DNA from: Heptranchias perlo
Lineage: Eukaryota
Direction: 5' to 3'
Length of the DNA: 64,000 nucleotides
Assembly: GCF_035084215.1 (NCBI RefSeq)
Contig: NC_090370.1
Coordinates: 26,474,001-26,538,000, forward strand
Shown here piece after piece: positions 13,410 to 25,099 of the stretch. Made by a program: the position numbers and the translations under genes. The notes under the pieces are model-generated. The model made no database searches, was not told the origin of the DNA, and saw only the letters and a program-made list of their open reading frames with translations. How positions within the stretch are numbered: the first letter of the stretch is position 1; every line of letters begins with the position of its first letter.

Positions 13410-13500
13410 CGAAAATGCTGGAAAGACTCAGCAGGTCCGGCAGCATCTGTGGAGAAGGGAAGCTCGGGTTAACGGTTCAGGACGATGACCCTTCTCTCGA
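13410..13500 (-). mobile_element. Short degenerate Penelope-type pLTR remnant
   Basis: AAATGCTGGAAAGACTCAGCAGG..GCAGCATCTGTGGAG..GATGACCCTTC; decayed hammerhead-like GAAGGGTCATCGTCCTGAACCG on minus; inverted copy ~33920-34010. Confidence 0.55.
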
Positions 13501-13787
13501 TCAGAAAGGTTAATCAGACATAATTTAAATACGGAACGGGAATCAGCAGACGGAAAACCTTCAGAAAATCAATTAATTTCACTGAATCCGAGCAATTGAG
13601 TCCCGTATCCACCATTCAGATCAGGGCAAGTAATAATACAAAGGAACACAGTTAAATTCAACGTTATGGGGGAAATAAATGAATTTTAGAAGTATTTTTA
13701 CATGAATTAGACCCGTTTGTGTTTTGGAAACACGATCACTCTGAACATCGTCAAATTCAGTTCCAGTCTTGGTGTTTCTGAATTCAG

Positions 13788-13855
13788 CGTGCTGGGATTC
13801 AAATCTGTTGGAATTAACTGCTTGGAAGGCAGCTATACTCACCATTATAGTGCCT
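13788..13855 (-). pseudogene. Degenerate tRNA-Gly(TCC)-derived sequence
   Basis: TGGTGAGTATAGCTGCCTTCCAAGCAGTT intact (D and anticodon arms); T arm and acceptor stem decayed. Confidence 0.7.
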
Positions 13856-13999
13856 TATTTCACCAGGAGGGAGAAGTCGAGTGTTTCTGTGGAGTTTCGG
13901 ACTGAATTGCTCCCTTTGGGTTTCTGGCACTTTAATCATAGACAATAAATAGTTCCCAAACATCAGTCCCTGAACAGACACAACAAGCTGGTGGAATTT

Positions 14000-14990
14000 C
14001 TCATTCATAGATATTAAATAAGAGGATGGCAAAAGCGAATAGGAAGAGGTTCGGAAGAAGTCACCAAAACAATTAGGGAAGCAAACAGGAACCACGAAAT
14101 CAAATTATCAAGGAATATAAAAATAAATAGTAAATTATTCCACTGACACAAAAATATCAAAAGGAAAATCAGAATATCTTGAGTGCCACGAAGGGATGCA
14201 CAAGATAAACTCACAGATAACGTCAGCGAAATGGCAGAAATATTGAATTGTGACATTGTCTCAGTATTTACCCGGGAGATTAACAGGGTGAATATATTAG
14301 AGGAAGAGGTCAATAAAGATATCAAGGCATTTAAGTTAGAAAGGGTGGTTAAACTCCTGGTCCAGATAGATTGCATCTGTGCATATTAAATGAAGCAAGG
14401 GTAGAGATAGCAGAGGCACTGTTACATATATAGGAAAAAATCATCACAAAAAGGAACAGTGCCAGAGGACTGGATGACAGCTAATGTGATTCTTATATTT
14501 TAAATCAGGTGAAAGAACAAGTCCAGGGAACGATAGACCAGTTAACGAAAGGTCGGTGGTAGGAATGATCATGGAATCTTTTACTCAATGATGCAACAGA
14601 AAAACATCTCGAAACCGAAAATATAACAAAACAGTTTGACAGAAGGTTTGACAGTTTAAATTACAGTTCAACATAACTTATTTGCTTTTCAATTCTCTTC
14701 CTCTAGAAATAAACCCCAGTGCTTTGTTCGCTTTTTAAGGCCTTATCAACTTGTGTTGCTACTTTTAATGATTTGTCAATCTGTACCCCTAAATCCCTTG
14801 CTTTTACCCCATTTAGACTCTTATTTTCCAAGCAGTATATGGCCTCCTTATTCCCCCTAGCCAAATGCACCACCTCACACCTTTCTATATGGAAATTCAA
14901 TGGCCATTTCCACCGCCTTTCGGCAAGCTTATTAATTCTTCTTGTATAGGCTATACCCCCTAAATTAATTACAAGGATTTAACACAGCAT
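14000..14990. mobile_element. Old CR1 fragments in both orientations
   Basis: EMAEILN..SVFT (plus) and FHIERCEVVHL..RDLGVQID (minus). Confidence 0.75.
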
Positions 14991-15430
14991 TACAACTAAT
15001 GTTTGATCTAACAAAATATACTTGCAACTCGTCTCCATTCCCAGTTTTTCGAAATCCCACTCGTGCAATATAATGTGAAGAATTAGTTTCTGTTCTGTCC
15101 CTCTCTCATCTGCAAACTTCACTGTCCCGGGGTTTGGGGACATCTACTGGCCGGAAGCAGAACTGCAACAGTTCGGAACAAATTGCTGAAACCGGACAAT
15201 GTGCAGTGTGAGCGTGTTTGTGATTGGTGGCAGTTATTAAATCAGATTGGATGTCTGACGAAACCAATCAGAGAGTTACAGTTAATAATTATTAAGACCT
15301 CATTCCGAATGACCCAATCACAATCATTGCCTTCACCCATCCCTCATTACCATCGGGCTGTGGGGCTGCCGATTTCATCCGAGCTCGGAGGGAATTTGTG
15401 TCATTTCTCAGTCTGAAATTGAGTTTGAAA

Positions 15431-15805
15431 ATGCCTGAGGACAAGAAAGCAGCTCCCAAGAAGGGCGCCAAGAAAACCTTGAGTAAAGCACCAGCCAAAG
15501 GCGGCAAGAAGCGTAGAAAGTCGAGGAAGGAGAGTTACTCCATCTACATCTACAAAGTGATGAAGCAGGTTCACCCCGACACCGGCATCTCCTCCAAGGC
15601 CATGAGCATCATGAACTCCTTTGTGACCGATATTTTCGAGCGCATCGCAGGTGAGGCTTCCCGCCTGGCCCATTACAACAAGCGGGCGACTATCAGTTCC
15701 CGGGAGATCCAGACCGCCGTGCGCCTGCTGCTGCCCGGGGAACTGGCCAAGCACGCCGTGTCAGAAGGGACAAAGGCGGTGACCAAATACACCAGCTCCA
15801 AGTAA
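15431..15805 (+). CDS. H2B: Histone H2B (124 aa)
   Basis: [58 protein letters not shown]; followed by stem-loop. Confidence 0.97.
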   Translation: MPEDKKAAPKKGAKKTLSKAPAKGGKKRRKSRKESYSIYIYKVMKQVHPDTGISSKAMSIMNSFVTDIFERIAGEASRLAHYNKRATISSREIQTAVRLLLPGELAKHAVSEGTKAVTKYTSSK

Positions 15806-15835
15806 AACTCCACAATGAACTGAAAAAAAAACAAC

Positions 15836-15851
15836 GGCTCTTTTAAGAGCC
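15836..15851 (+). terminator. Histone stem-loop plus downstream U7 element
   Basis: GGCTCTTTTAAGAGCC ACCCA ... GAAAGAGCTG. Confidence 0.95.
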
Positions 15852-16484
15852 ACCCACAACCTCTCTGAAAGAGCTGCATTTCCTGTATATTTAATTAGGA
15901 TCATTTTATTGCAGCAATATTATTATTCCAATCGAAAAGTGACTCGAACTACCCCGTTCAAATCCCTGGCCCCTAAAATGAACACGAGTTTATGATCCGC
16001 TCCTTCCCATTTGTTTTGATCTTAAAGCATCACTATTCTGGCCTCTCATCCCCTTTATGGCCCCCTCAGCAATTCCGTTCTATGAATGCAGTTTCTGAAA
16101 TATTTATGGACTGACGTGAAAATCCCCAGATTAACAGTAACCCCACCCCTTGCAGTAACAGCGGAATCGGGGCAGAATGAGAGCTCTGTCCTGGTCCCTC
16201 TTTTCACAGAAGCACTCCCGGCTCTGAGAAGGGACCAATCTGTAACGTTTCACTTTTCTAAAGACTAAAGTCAAATGTGTCCTTTCACGGAATGCTGTGA
16301 ATGGGGCTTTAGTCCCGTCCGGTGCAGTTTGAAAGCGATGGTCGAATGAGCCATAATTTAAAGCAGATTTTAAAACAGAGCGAGCGATTAGTGACGGGGA
16401 GCGCTGAATAAGACAAGATAAAAAGAACGGGTTTAAAATCTTGTGCTCAGGGCGACATTGATCGAAATCCGATCCTTCACTGCA

Positions 16485-16510
16485 CTGAAATTGGCGGGCT
16501 TTTTGAAATT
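16485..16510 (+). promoter_or_regulatory. E2F/CDE + CHR-like element upstream of H2A
   Basis: TTGGCGG-GCTT-TTTGAA; identical 26-mer on the minus strand at 19170-19195. Confidence 0.55.
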
Positions 16511-16693
16511 CATAGAATTCCTGGTCTGACCGTTGAGGCCGGTAAATCCCGCCCTCTTCTAATTTCCACCTACCTGGTTGGTTAATGAAATAGGCAAATG
16601 AGGTGTAATAAGGTACAACCAATCAGATGATCTTTCAGTCTTTGAGAGGGGTCAATGCAGAAGTCATTCCTCAATCTTTGTGAGATTGTGAAC

Positions 16694-17082
<389 letters not shown>

Positions 17083-17112
17083 AGCGGCCAAGATTTAATC
17101 TGATAACCCAAA

Positions 17113-17128
17113 GGCTCTTTTCAGAGCC
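17113..17128 (+). terminator. Histone stem-loop (H2A)
   Basis: GGCTCTTTTCAGAGCC ACCCA. Confidence 0.95.
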
Positions 17129-18466
17129 ACCCACTGTATCTTTGAAAGGGCTGGTTACTGACTGAAGAGAGTCAGGTATTAATTTAATAAGGACTTGATT
17201 CCGATTCTGGAACTAACAATAACTTGTTGATTACAAATGATCCAGATCGGTCTGTTGAAGTACTCGCTTCCGGACAGCAGATGTCGCCAACCTCCAATAG
17301 ATTGATATTTGCAGTTTGTGTGGTGAATGAGACAAAATATCAAAATTGTCATTAAACTGGGCGGGTGGGACACAGAAATACCAGGGACGTTTGATCATCG
17401 GCATCAAGAGGCATTCTGTTGTGTTCCACACAATATTATTTACAGTCTCATCCTCCGACAACACTTGCTCGGTCTGTGTTATTTTACCCAGATTTGTGCA
17501 ACAGAAGCTGACTGATGTGTTGAATATTGTGTCAGCGATTGCTGAATCAAGAATGTGAGTGAAATTTGCCCGTGTTATTGGATGTGATTGAGGGATTGAT
17601 TCTGTCCCTGTATCAGTTACGAGTGTTAGTGAATGTAACACTAATGTTTTACACTGCTTCTGATTCTAGCGCTGATAGAGAGCAAGACACACTGCCTTTC
17701 GATCTATTAGTCCGAGTTGCATTGAAACAGCCTCTGCCACTATATCTGCAGGGGGAGAATAGACTGAAACGTTATATGATCCGAGTCTGATTCCTTACAT
17801 CCAGCATGGGTTTCAGGTCCCGTCCGATTGCACCTGTCCTTCAGTGCTGGACTCAAATGTCCAGTAAAGTGTTGGAGTGAGGCTTGATCTTTGAAACCCC
17901 TGACTCCGACATTCGAGTGTTTCCAACCGAGCCAAGCTGACACGACATTGGAAATGAGAACTTGTAGCTCTCGTGCTTTCCACGAGTCCCTCTCTGTACA
18001 TATGTCCCAGTAAGTTTGACACTGGGGGTGTATGTACCTCATGTGAAAGAGTGGGGTCGGAATCAGAACTTTCTGCAGCTGTTTGCCAGAACTTTCTTTG
18101 TCCGAATGAGGCACTGGTGGTGATGAGAGTCAGTCTGGTGGAATTCACCTCCCTCCAGTCCTGCGTGTGTGTGAAAATGAAACTGTCTCCGTTTCAAATT
18201 CCTCATGTTGGTCAGTCTGGAATTGGCACTCCTCTCTGGTGCTGAATCTTCGTCCAAAATGAACAGCAGCTGTTTCTGCCACAAAACGTAGATTGACTCT
18301 GTTCCCATCTCTCTGCTGTTATGATGGGCCAACAGATTGTCAGGCCTTGCGTCTGACATCCGCTCCCTCCCCTTTATGCATTTCCCATTTAATCAAATTT
18401 CTGTGAACTGCACGGCCCTGCGATTTCAACCCCAGAGATCACAGCTCTTTCCTTTGCTGATTTGGT

Positions 18467-18482
18467 GGCTCTGAAAAGAGCC
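18467..18482 (-). terminator. Histone stem-loop (H3)
   Basis: GGCTCTTTTCAGAGCC on minus, followed by GGAAAGAGCTG. Confidence 0.95.
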
Positions 18483-18515
18483 TTTGTTGCACTTGGTGCT
18501 GAAGGCGGGTCGGGT

Positions 18516-19055
<540 letters not shown>

Positions 19056-19169
19056 TCAGGGAGGGACCGCCCCTGGCCTGTGATTGGCAGGTTTGAACCG
19101 AGCTCTGACAGTCAGAACGAAACGGCGGGAGGTCTTGAGCCCCAATTGGCTGAGCTGAAATTAATCATC

Positions 19170-19195
19170 AATTTCAAAAAGCCCGCCAATTTCAG
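19170..19195 (-). promoter_or_regulatory. E2F/CDE + CHR-like element upstream of H3
   Basis: CTGAAATTGGCGGGCTTTTTGAAATT on minus; second version CTGGCGGGATTTTTGAA at 19402-19422. Confidence 0.55.
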
Positions 19196-19789
19196 AGCAT
19201 CAAATAACAGTTTGAAGAAAATCTCATTTCCCTCGAGCAATTTAAGAATCTCTCTCTTTATAATCTCCATTATTTCCTGCTCGTCAGCACAAATCTCAGG
19301 CTGATTCACATTCCGGTTCATTCTCTGACCTGTCTGTGAACGGGCGGGAATAAAGTCCCGGTCATTGCTTTCCGTCGGAAGCGGGACAAAGTCCAGCTTC
19401 GATTTCAAAAATCCCGCCAGTTCCGGCCCGGTGAACGGCTCCTCAAACAGAAACTTCACATCGAACTGATATTTGAATGAGGGCAAGAAATAAACACCGA
19501 GCAGAGAGGACACAGCGGGAGAGGGAGTGAGGAGGGATTTTACTCTGAGTGAAGAATGTAATGTCTGTGGAAAGACTCTGCATCCCCGCCTGTTCAATTA
19601 TACCGTGAAACCGGGAATTCCGCTCCTTCTCTCGGAATGGCCGAGAACCCCGGCCATTTTTCTGATCTCCCTGTAACGAGTGCTGGAGAAATCTCCCCAT
19701 ATTAATAGAATATCGGAAACGACTTCCCCACCCCGAGATCGTCCCACTCCCCCTTCCCAGGTCACTGCTCTCTCTGTGAGGCGGTGGGT

Positions 19790-19805
19790 GGCTCTTAGAA
19801 GAGCC
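19790..19805 (-). terminator. Histone stem-loop (H4)
   Basis: GGCTCTTCTAAGAGCC ACCCA on minus. Confidence 0.95.
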
Positions 19806-19840
19806 TTTGTTTTGTGTTTGGTTGGAAAGGGTCGAGTCGT

Positions 19841-20161
<321 letters not shown>

Positions 20162-20196
20162 TCACTGAAATGAACAGCTAAATCGTGCTGGTTCCC

Positions 20197-20230
20197 TTTT
20201 TTATGCAGACTGCCCCGACCTGACTGAAAC
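20197..20230 (-). promoter_or_regulatory. H4 site II-like element and TATA-like box
   Basis: GTTTCAGTCAGGTCGG resembles vertebrate H4 site II (TTTCAATCTGGTCCG); CATAAAAAA downstream. Confidence 0.65.
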
Positions 20231-20247
20231 ATGCACAGAGTGAAAGT

Positions 20248-20400
20248 GGGAGGGGAGGAGACAAGTGAGATATTAAACAGGGAGGGGAGGAGACAGAGTG
20301 AGATTAAACAGGGAGGGGAGGAGACAGAGTGAGATATTAAACAGGGAGGGGAGCAGACAGAGTGAGAAATTAAACAGGGAGGGGAGGAGAGAGTCAGAGT
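20248..20400. repeat. ~31-33 bp tandem repeat (about 5 units) in H4 promoter
   Basis: GGGAGGGGAGGAGACAGAGTGAGATATTAAACA repeated. Confidence 0.9.
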
Positions 20401-21067
20401 GATGGACAGGGCGGAGAGCGGTCTCTGATCTTCCAGCTCCACCTCCAGCTTTGTCCACCCGCCAATTTCAAACCGTTCATCGAGAATAGAACCGAATCAC
20501 AGCGCTCCGCACAAACCCTGACAGACTCGGGCTTCATATTCAAGGATTTACAGAAACCCGGAGCTTTTAAATAAGCCCCGTTACAATTAACAGACAGTAA
20601 TAATCCTGCCTAAATACAGTCCCTTCTATAACTAGTCAACCCGCCGGCTTCCATTTCAGCCCCAGACCCGATTCTATCTCCCACACATTCCCTCCCAGAC
20701 GGGTTCAGCAGTTCACAAACACATTATTCCAGCTGATTTGGAGAATCTCATGTGTTGGGGTTTGAATTGTGATCGCGGCGGATCTCCGCCAGTTTTCCCC
20801 TGTCACGGACCCTGGCCCTGAATCTGTGAGAAAAAGAATGAACTGGGACTGGAGGTGAACACGCCCCCAGTTACAGTGAGGCCCGGCCCGGGTATCCCAT
20901 TCTCTCTATTTTATATCAGACAGTGGGAGTGGGGCGGGGGTAGGGAATGTCAGCGAGTCACCAGGACCCTTGGTTTATTGTAAATGATTTCTATCTAAAA
21001 TCTGAGCCCGGCCCCGGGACAGGAATCATCTGATTCCGGGATCAGCTCTTTTCTGAGAGACGTGGGT

Positions 21068-21083
21068 GGCTCTGAGAAGAGCC
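21068..21083 (-). terminator. Histone stem-loop (H1)
   Basis: GGCTCTTCTCAGAGCC ACCCA ... GAAAAGAGCTG on minus. Confidence 0.95.
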
Positions 21084-21119
21084 GTTGGGTTCAGATGTTC
21101 ACAAGTTGCACTTGATTTT

Positions 21120-21731
21120 TTACTTCTTTTTGCCTGCTGCTTTCTTCGGTTTGGGCTTGGCGCTCGGTTTTTGTACCTTCTTCGCCTTCGCCTTCACTGG
21201 CTTGGGGGTCTTGGGCTGCTTCACAGCCGCTTTCTTCTTAATTGGTGATTTCACCGCCTTCTTTGTGGTCGATTTCTTGACAGCTGTTTTCTTGACCGCT
21301 GGTTTCTTGGCCGTTAATTTCCTGGCCGCTGGTTTCTTGGCCGCTGGTTTCTTTCCGGGAGATTTCTTGCTTCCTTGTTTCTTCACCTTCTTTCCCACTT
21401 TTTCCTGGGCTTCCTTCTTAGCGACTCTGAAGGAGCCCGAGGCGCCCGTGCCCTTGATCTGCACCAGGGAGCCTTTTTCCACATTTCTCTTGATACTTAA
21501 TTTGATCTGGGTCCGGTGCTTCTCCACATCCAGGCCTTTGGTGGCCAGAACCTTCTTTATCGCGGCCAGGGATATCCCCTTGCGATCCTTGCAATCCGCC
21601 ACAATCTTGAGGATCTGTTCGCCCAATTTGGGACCGGCTGTCTTGGGTCGGTGAACCGCCTTCTTCTTCTTCGGAGCATTGGTTTGAGCGGCAGCGGGAG
21701 GTGCCGTTTCGGCGGCTGCAGTATCTGTCAT
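21120..21731 (-). CDS. H1: Linker histone H1 (203 aa)
   Basis: [11 protein letters not shown]..; globular domain [22 protein letters not shown]; K/A/P-rich tail. Confidence 0.96.
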   Translation of the reverse strand: MTDTAAAETAPPAAAQTNAPKKKKAVHRPKTAGPKLGEQILKIVADCKDRKGISLAAIKKVLATKGLDVEKHRTQIKLSIKRNVEKGSLVQIKGTGASGSFRVAKKEAQEKVGKKVKKQGSKKSPGKKPAAKKPAARKLTAKKPAVKKTAVKKSTTKKAVKSPIKKKAAVKQPKTPKPVKAKAKKVQKPSAKPKPKKAAGKKK

Positions 21732-21809
21732 GTCCGGGACTCTGAAGAAAATCTCTCTGTCAGTCAGAGCTGGGTCAGAAATGAAACGAGAGGCGGCGGC
21801 ACAGAGCAA

Positions 21810-21882
21810 CTTAAAGGCCCAGAGCGGACGGGGCGGAGACACCCTGCTGTCAGCTCTCGGCACCTCCAGCCTCTCTGTGTTT
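21810..21882 (-). promoter_or_regulatory. H1 proximal promoter: H1 (AC) box, GC box, TATA-like
   Basis: AAACACA at 21876-21882, GGGGCGGAG at ~21830, TTTAAG at ~21810. Confidence 0.7.
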
Positions 21883-23739
21883 CTCTCTCCTCTTAAACTA
21901 CCCGATTCTAATTGTAATCGGGCACTCCAGAGTCCCAGACTAGCCCCTTCCCATCTCCAACACCGGAATGTTTGCTGTCGAAAAACTTTCACCGGAATTA
22001 AAACACCAGTTTCGATTTAAACCCGTTTCATTGCTGCACTGATCGCGCTCTCTCACCCGATCGCTGACATGATTTCTGTTTTTCGGCTGAAATCTTGAAT
22101 TGGACAAAAACCGTACCTTTAATTTTCACTTCGGGTCTCGGCAGGGGAGGAGGGCGAACCTTTGACAGGGATTTTTAAAAAAATACTCAAAAGGGACTGG
22201 GACATCTGGCGATGAGACCGGCCACACAAACACAATGGCATTAATCTAACCCGCCCGCCCATTTCACACACTCTCTCTGACACAATGTTCACATCTGTAC
22301 ATTCACAGGACAAACTGTTCTCCAGATTGACAATTCCCGGGACAGACTTTCCTCCCCGCTCGGCCTGTGCTGCGGATTCTCGGGGTTGGTTGTCGTTTCC
22401 CAGCTCAGGAACTGTTAAACACTCTGAGGCCGGCGCTCCTCACAGTCTCTGGTCTCCAGATTCAGGGACAGGAGCCAATCACAGCTCTGGCTGTGATAAT
22501 CCATATCTGCTTTTACATTATTGTATTGTTCGCACACAGAAATATGTTTGGTTAAGTTGAAAATTCAAATTATCCGCTCTGGGCTCCTCCAGTCTCTCTC
22601 TGTTTCCTTCTCCTGCTAAACTGACTGACAGGCAATAGTAACTGGCGTCCGATCCATCCCATTCTCAACACCCAGAGACGGCGAGTCACTGAATAAATTC
22701 AACACTCACAGACAGTCCGGAGTCAGACTGTTACAGGCTGTTTCTCGCCACCTTTACTTTTCGGCGGATAAATGCACCGTCAGACCGGCTCATATACAGT
22801 AGAAGGGAGAGTAATCGTCTCACCAACAGCACACAGACACAGAATCAGTCTCTCACATTCCATCAGTGGGTCTATATTACGCTCAGTAACAGTGTCCCGC
22901 ATTCATGTGCAGAAATTAAGCGAGAGAGAGAGAGAGAGACGGAGCGGCTGATAAAACCACAGAGACACAGTCAGACAGACGCAGAATCAGTCTCACACAT
23001 CCCATCAATGTGTCCGTTTCACGCTCAGTAAACATTATCGCAGCTTCATGTACAGCGCTCGAGAGAGAGAGATACAGACAGGCACAGTATCAGTCTCACA
23101 CTTCCCATCAATGTGTCTGTATCATGCTCAATAACAGTATCGCACCTCCATATAAAGTACAAGAGAGACAGAGAAACTGAGCTGTAATGAGCGGTTTTCA
23201 CCCAGTACCAAATAGGGAATCATTCCATTCCAATTACTATTCCAAGGTTGAATGACAGAAGTTGCAGTCTCATCTGTAACTGATCTTATTCCAGAGACAG
23301 ACACGTTATTAATCCCACTCTCAGGGACAGTGTCACACATTTAATCCTCTCTTGCAGATTGTACTCTCTGTAATCTTGCAGCAGAGGGCGGTTCAGTATT
23401 ACTCTCAGTGACCGAGAGTTTCACTCTGATTGAAATAAACTGGGACTGTTGCCGTCAGATATTCATCCTGCACAGTCCCAGCAAATACACCGAGCCCCAC
23501 TTTCCTCCCATGTTTCTCCATGATTGGTTTGAGAAATCCTCCCTCCAGTTTCGGGTTCACGCGTTACTTTATCAGTAGAGGTACCAAGAATGAACAGAAC
23601 ACATTGGCTCATTCCACAGCCGCCCAAGTTATCTCTGTTAGACCCTTTACCATCAAAATATACCGAGAGAAACAGCAGGGATGGAAACATCTCGTTTAAC
23701 AGTTGGAGATTGTAAAGTCAGTCTGGATTCCAGCGTCAG

Positions 23740-25015
23740 GCACTGGTGGAATCCCATCTGTTTCCCATTCTGGTGCCTGTTCCTGCACTGCCTGTGGACC
23801 CCATTCCCTCTGACCTTTCCCCCACTTCCTTTGCTCAGACTCTGAAAAATTCCAATTGGGAAAAATTTCCACCGATTTTTGTATTGGGAATTAAACCAGA
23901 TATCTGCGCATGCGTGATTCAGCCCCGCCCTCAGCGCTGGTGAGCAGAAGAGCGCATGCGCGCTCCCCTCCCCCAGCTCGGCCTGTGGGCGCCATTCCCT
24001 CAGTGAGCGGAAGAAGATGGTTTAAAACAGCCGGGAATGGAGAGATCACGGCCCCCGGGGGAAGGGAGCAAAGAGCAGCCTCGTTACAGCAGCTCATCGC
24101 TTCGGGACCGTGTCCGCAGATGGGCTCAGAGATCGGCATTGAGTCCGGGGGAAGGTCAGGGGGAGTCCGGGGGCTGTTTGTAAGAGGCGGAGTGGATCAG
24201 GAACTGGTCCCGGAACATGGAGTGAGCGGGGGAAGGGAGAGGTCATTCTCGGGCTGTGTGTGGACAGGGTGTGTCCAGGGTGTGGGAGAGAGAATGGGAA
24301 GAACCTGCTATTAAAACCATTGCTGCTTTCTCTCCCCAAACCAGTAGTGAATTGTTCCTGGTTTAGTTTCAGTCTCACCCTGTTTATTGTGATTGGACAG
24401 TGAACAGTGGAAACAGAGCCGGATAGTTAGGGTGTGGGGAGTGAAACAAAGAGCATCTGTTGCAGGCACCAGGTGAGAAGTGTGAAGGACACGATTTAAA
24501 AAGAGGCTGTTTGGTTTCGGTTGAACGGTTAGTCCCATTGGAGAGGGGATTAGAAACCTGACCGGTGCAAAGGTCCCTGCCACATCGGGTCGTCCCATTC
24601 ATGGATCAGTGCAGGGGTTGGGTTGTGTCTGGATGTCACTAAATTGTTTTAAAATCGCCCAACACACCTGGTATACAGAAGCTGAGTGCTGCAGTACTGC
24701 AGTGGAGTCAGACACTGACACTCTTTGTATCACTGGTTTTCATTTGTGGATATTCAAAATGATCATTAACAGATATATTAAATTGATCACTTTTGTATTT
24801 TCTACCTCACCTGTTCCTGAGCAACAAGATATAATTTTCTTTCCACAGGCAAATCCTTGAAGGACCCAGAATAAATGTGATGTTTCCTCCGCCTGAGTCA
24901 GAAGGAACAGTGCAGCCAGCTCCTTCTCACAAACAGTCGGTATATTATCATTCACAGAGCACAGAGACACAGACAGGTCATCAGGTCCACAGTCTCAGAC
25001 TGCAGAAGTGGTCAG
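23740..25015 (+). promoter_or_regulatory. CpG-rich promoter-like element, copy 2
   Basis: Direct paralog of 8340-9350 plus 10470-10710 without the Penelope insertion. Confidence 0.55.
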
Positions 25016-25099
25016 GCCCACTTAAATACTGGGAAAAATTATTTATACATTTAGGGATGAAAGATACAGTTTTGAACGCCATATTCTGAACTGAGATAC

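Noticed and set aside
21732-21992. N-terminal extensions of histone ORFs in the track (H1 290 aa, H2A 164 aa, H3 147 aa, H2B 135 aa)
   Set aside because: Non-ATG or upstream starts running through promoter or UTR; canonical ATGs used instead
22830-23170. Three degenerate 110-150 bp units with (GA)n tracts
   Set aside because: Low-complexity decayed tandem duplication with no further structure visible
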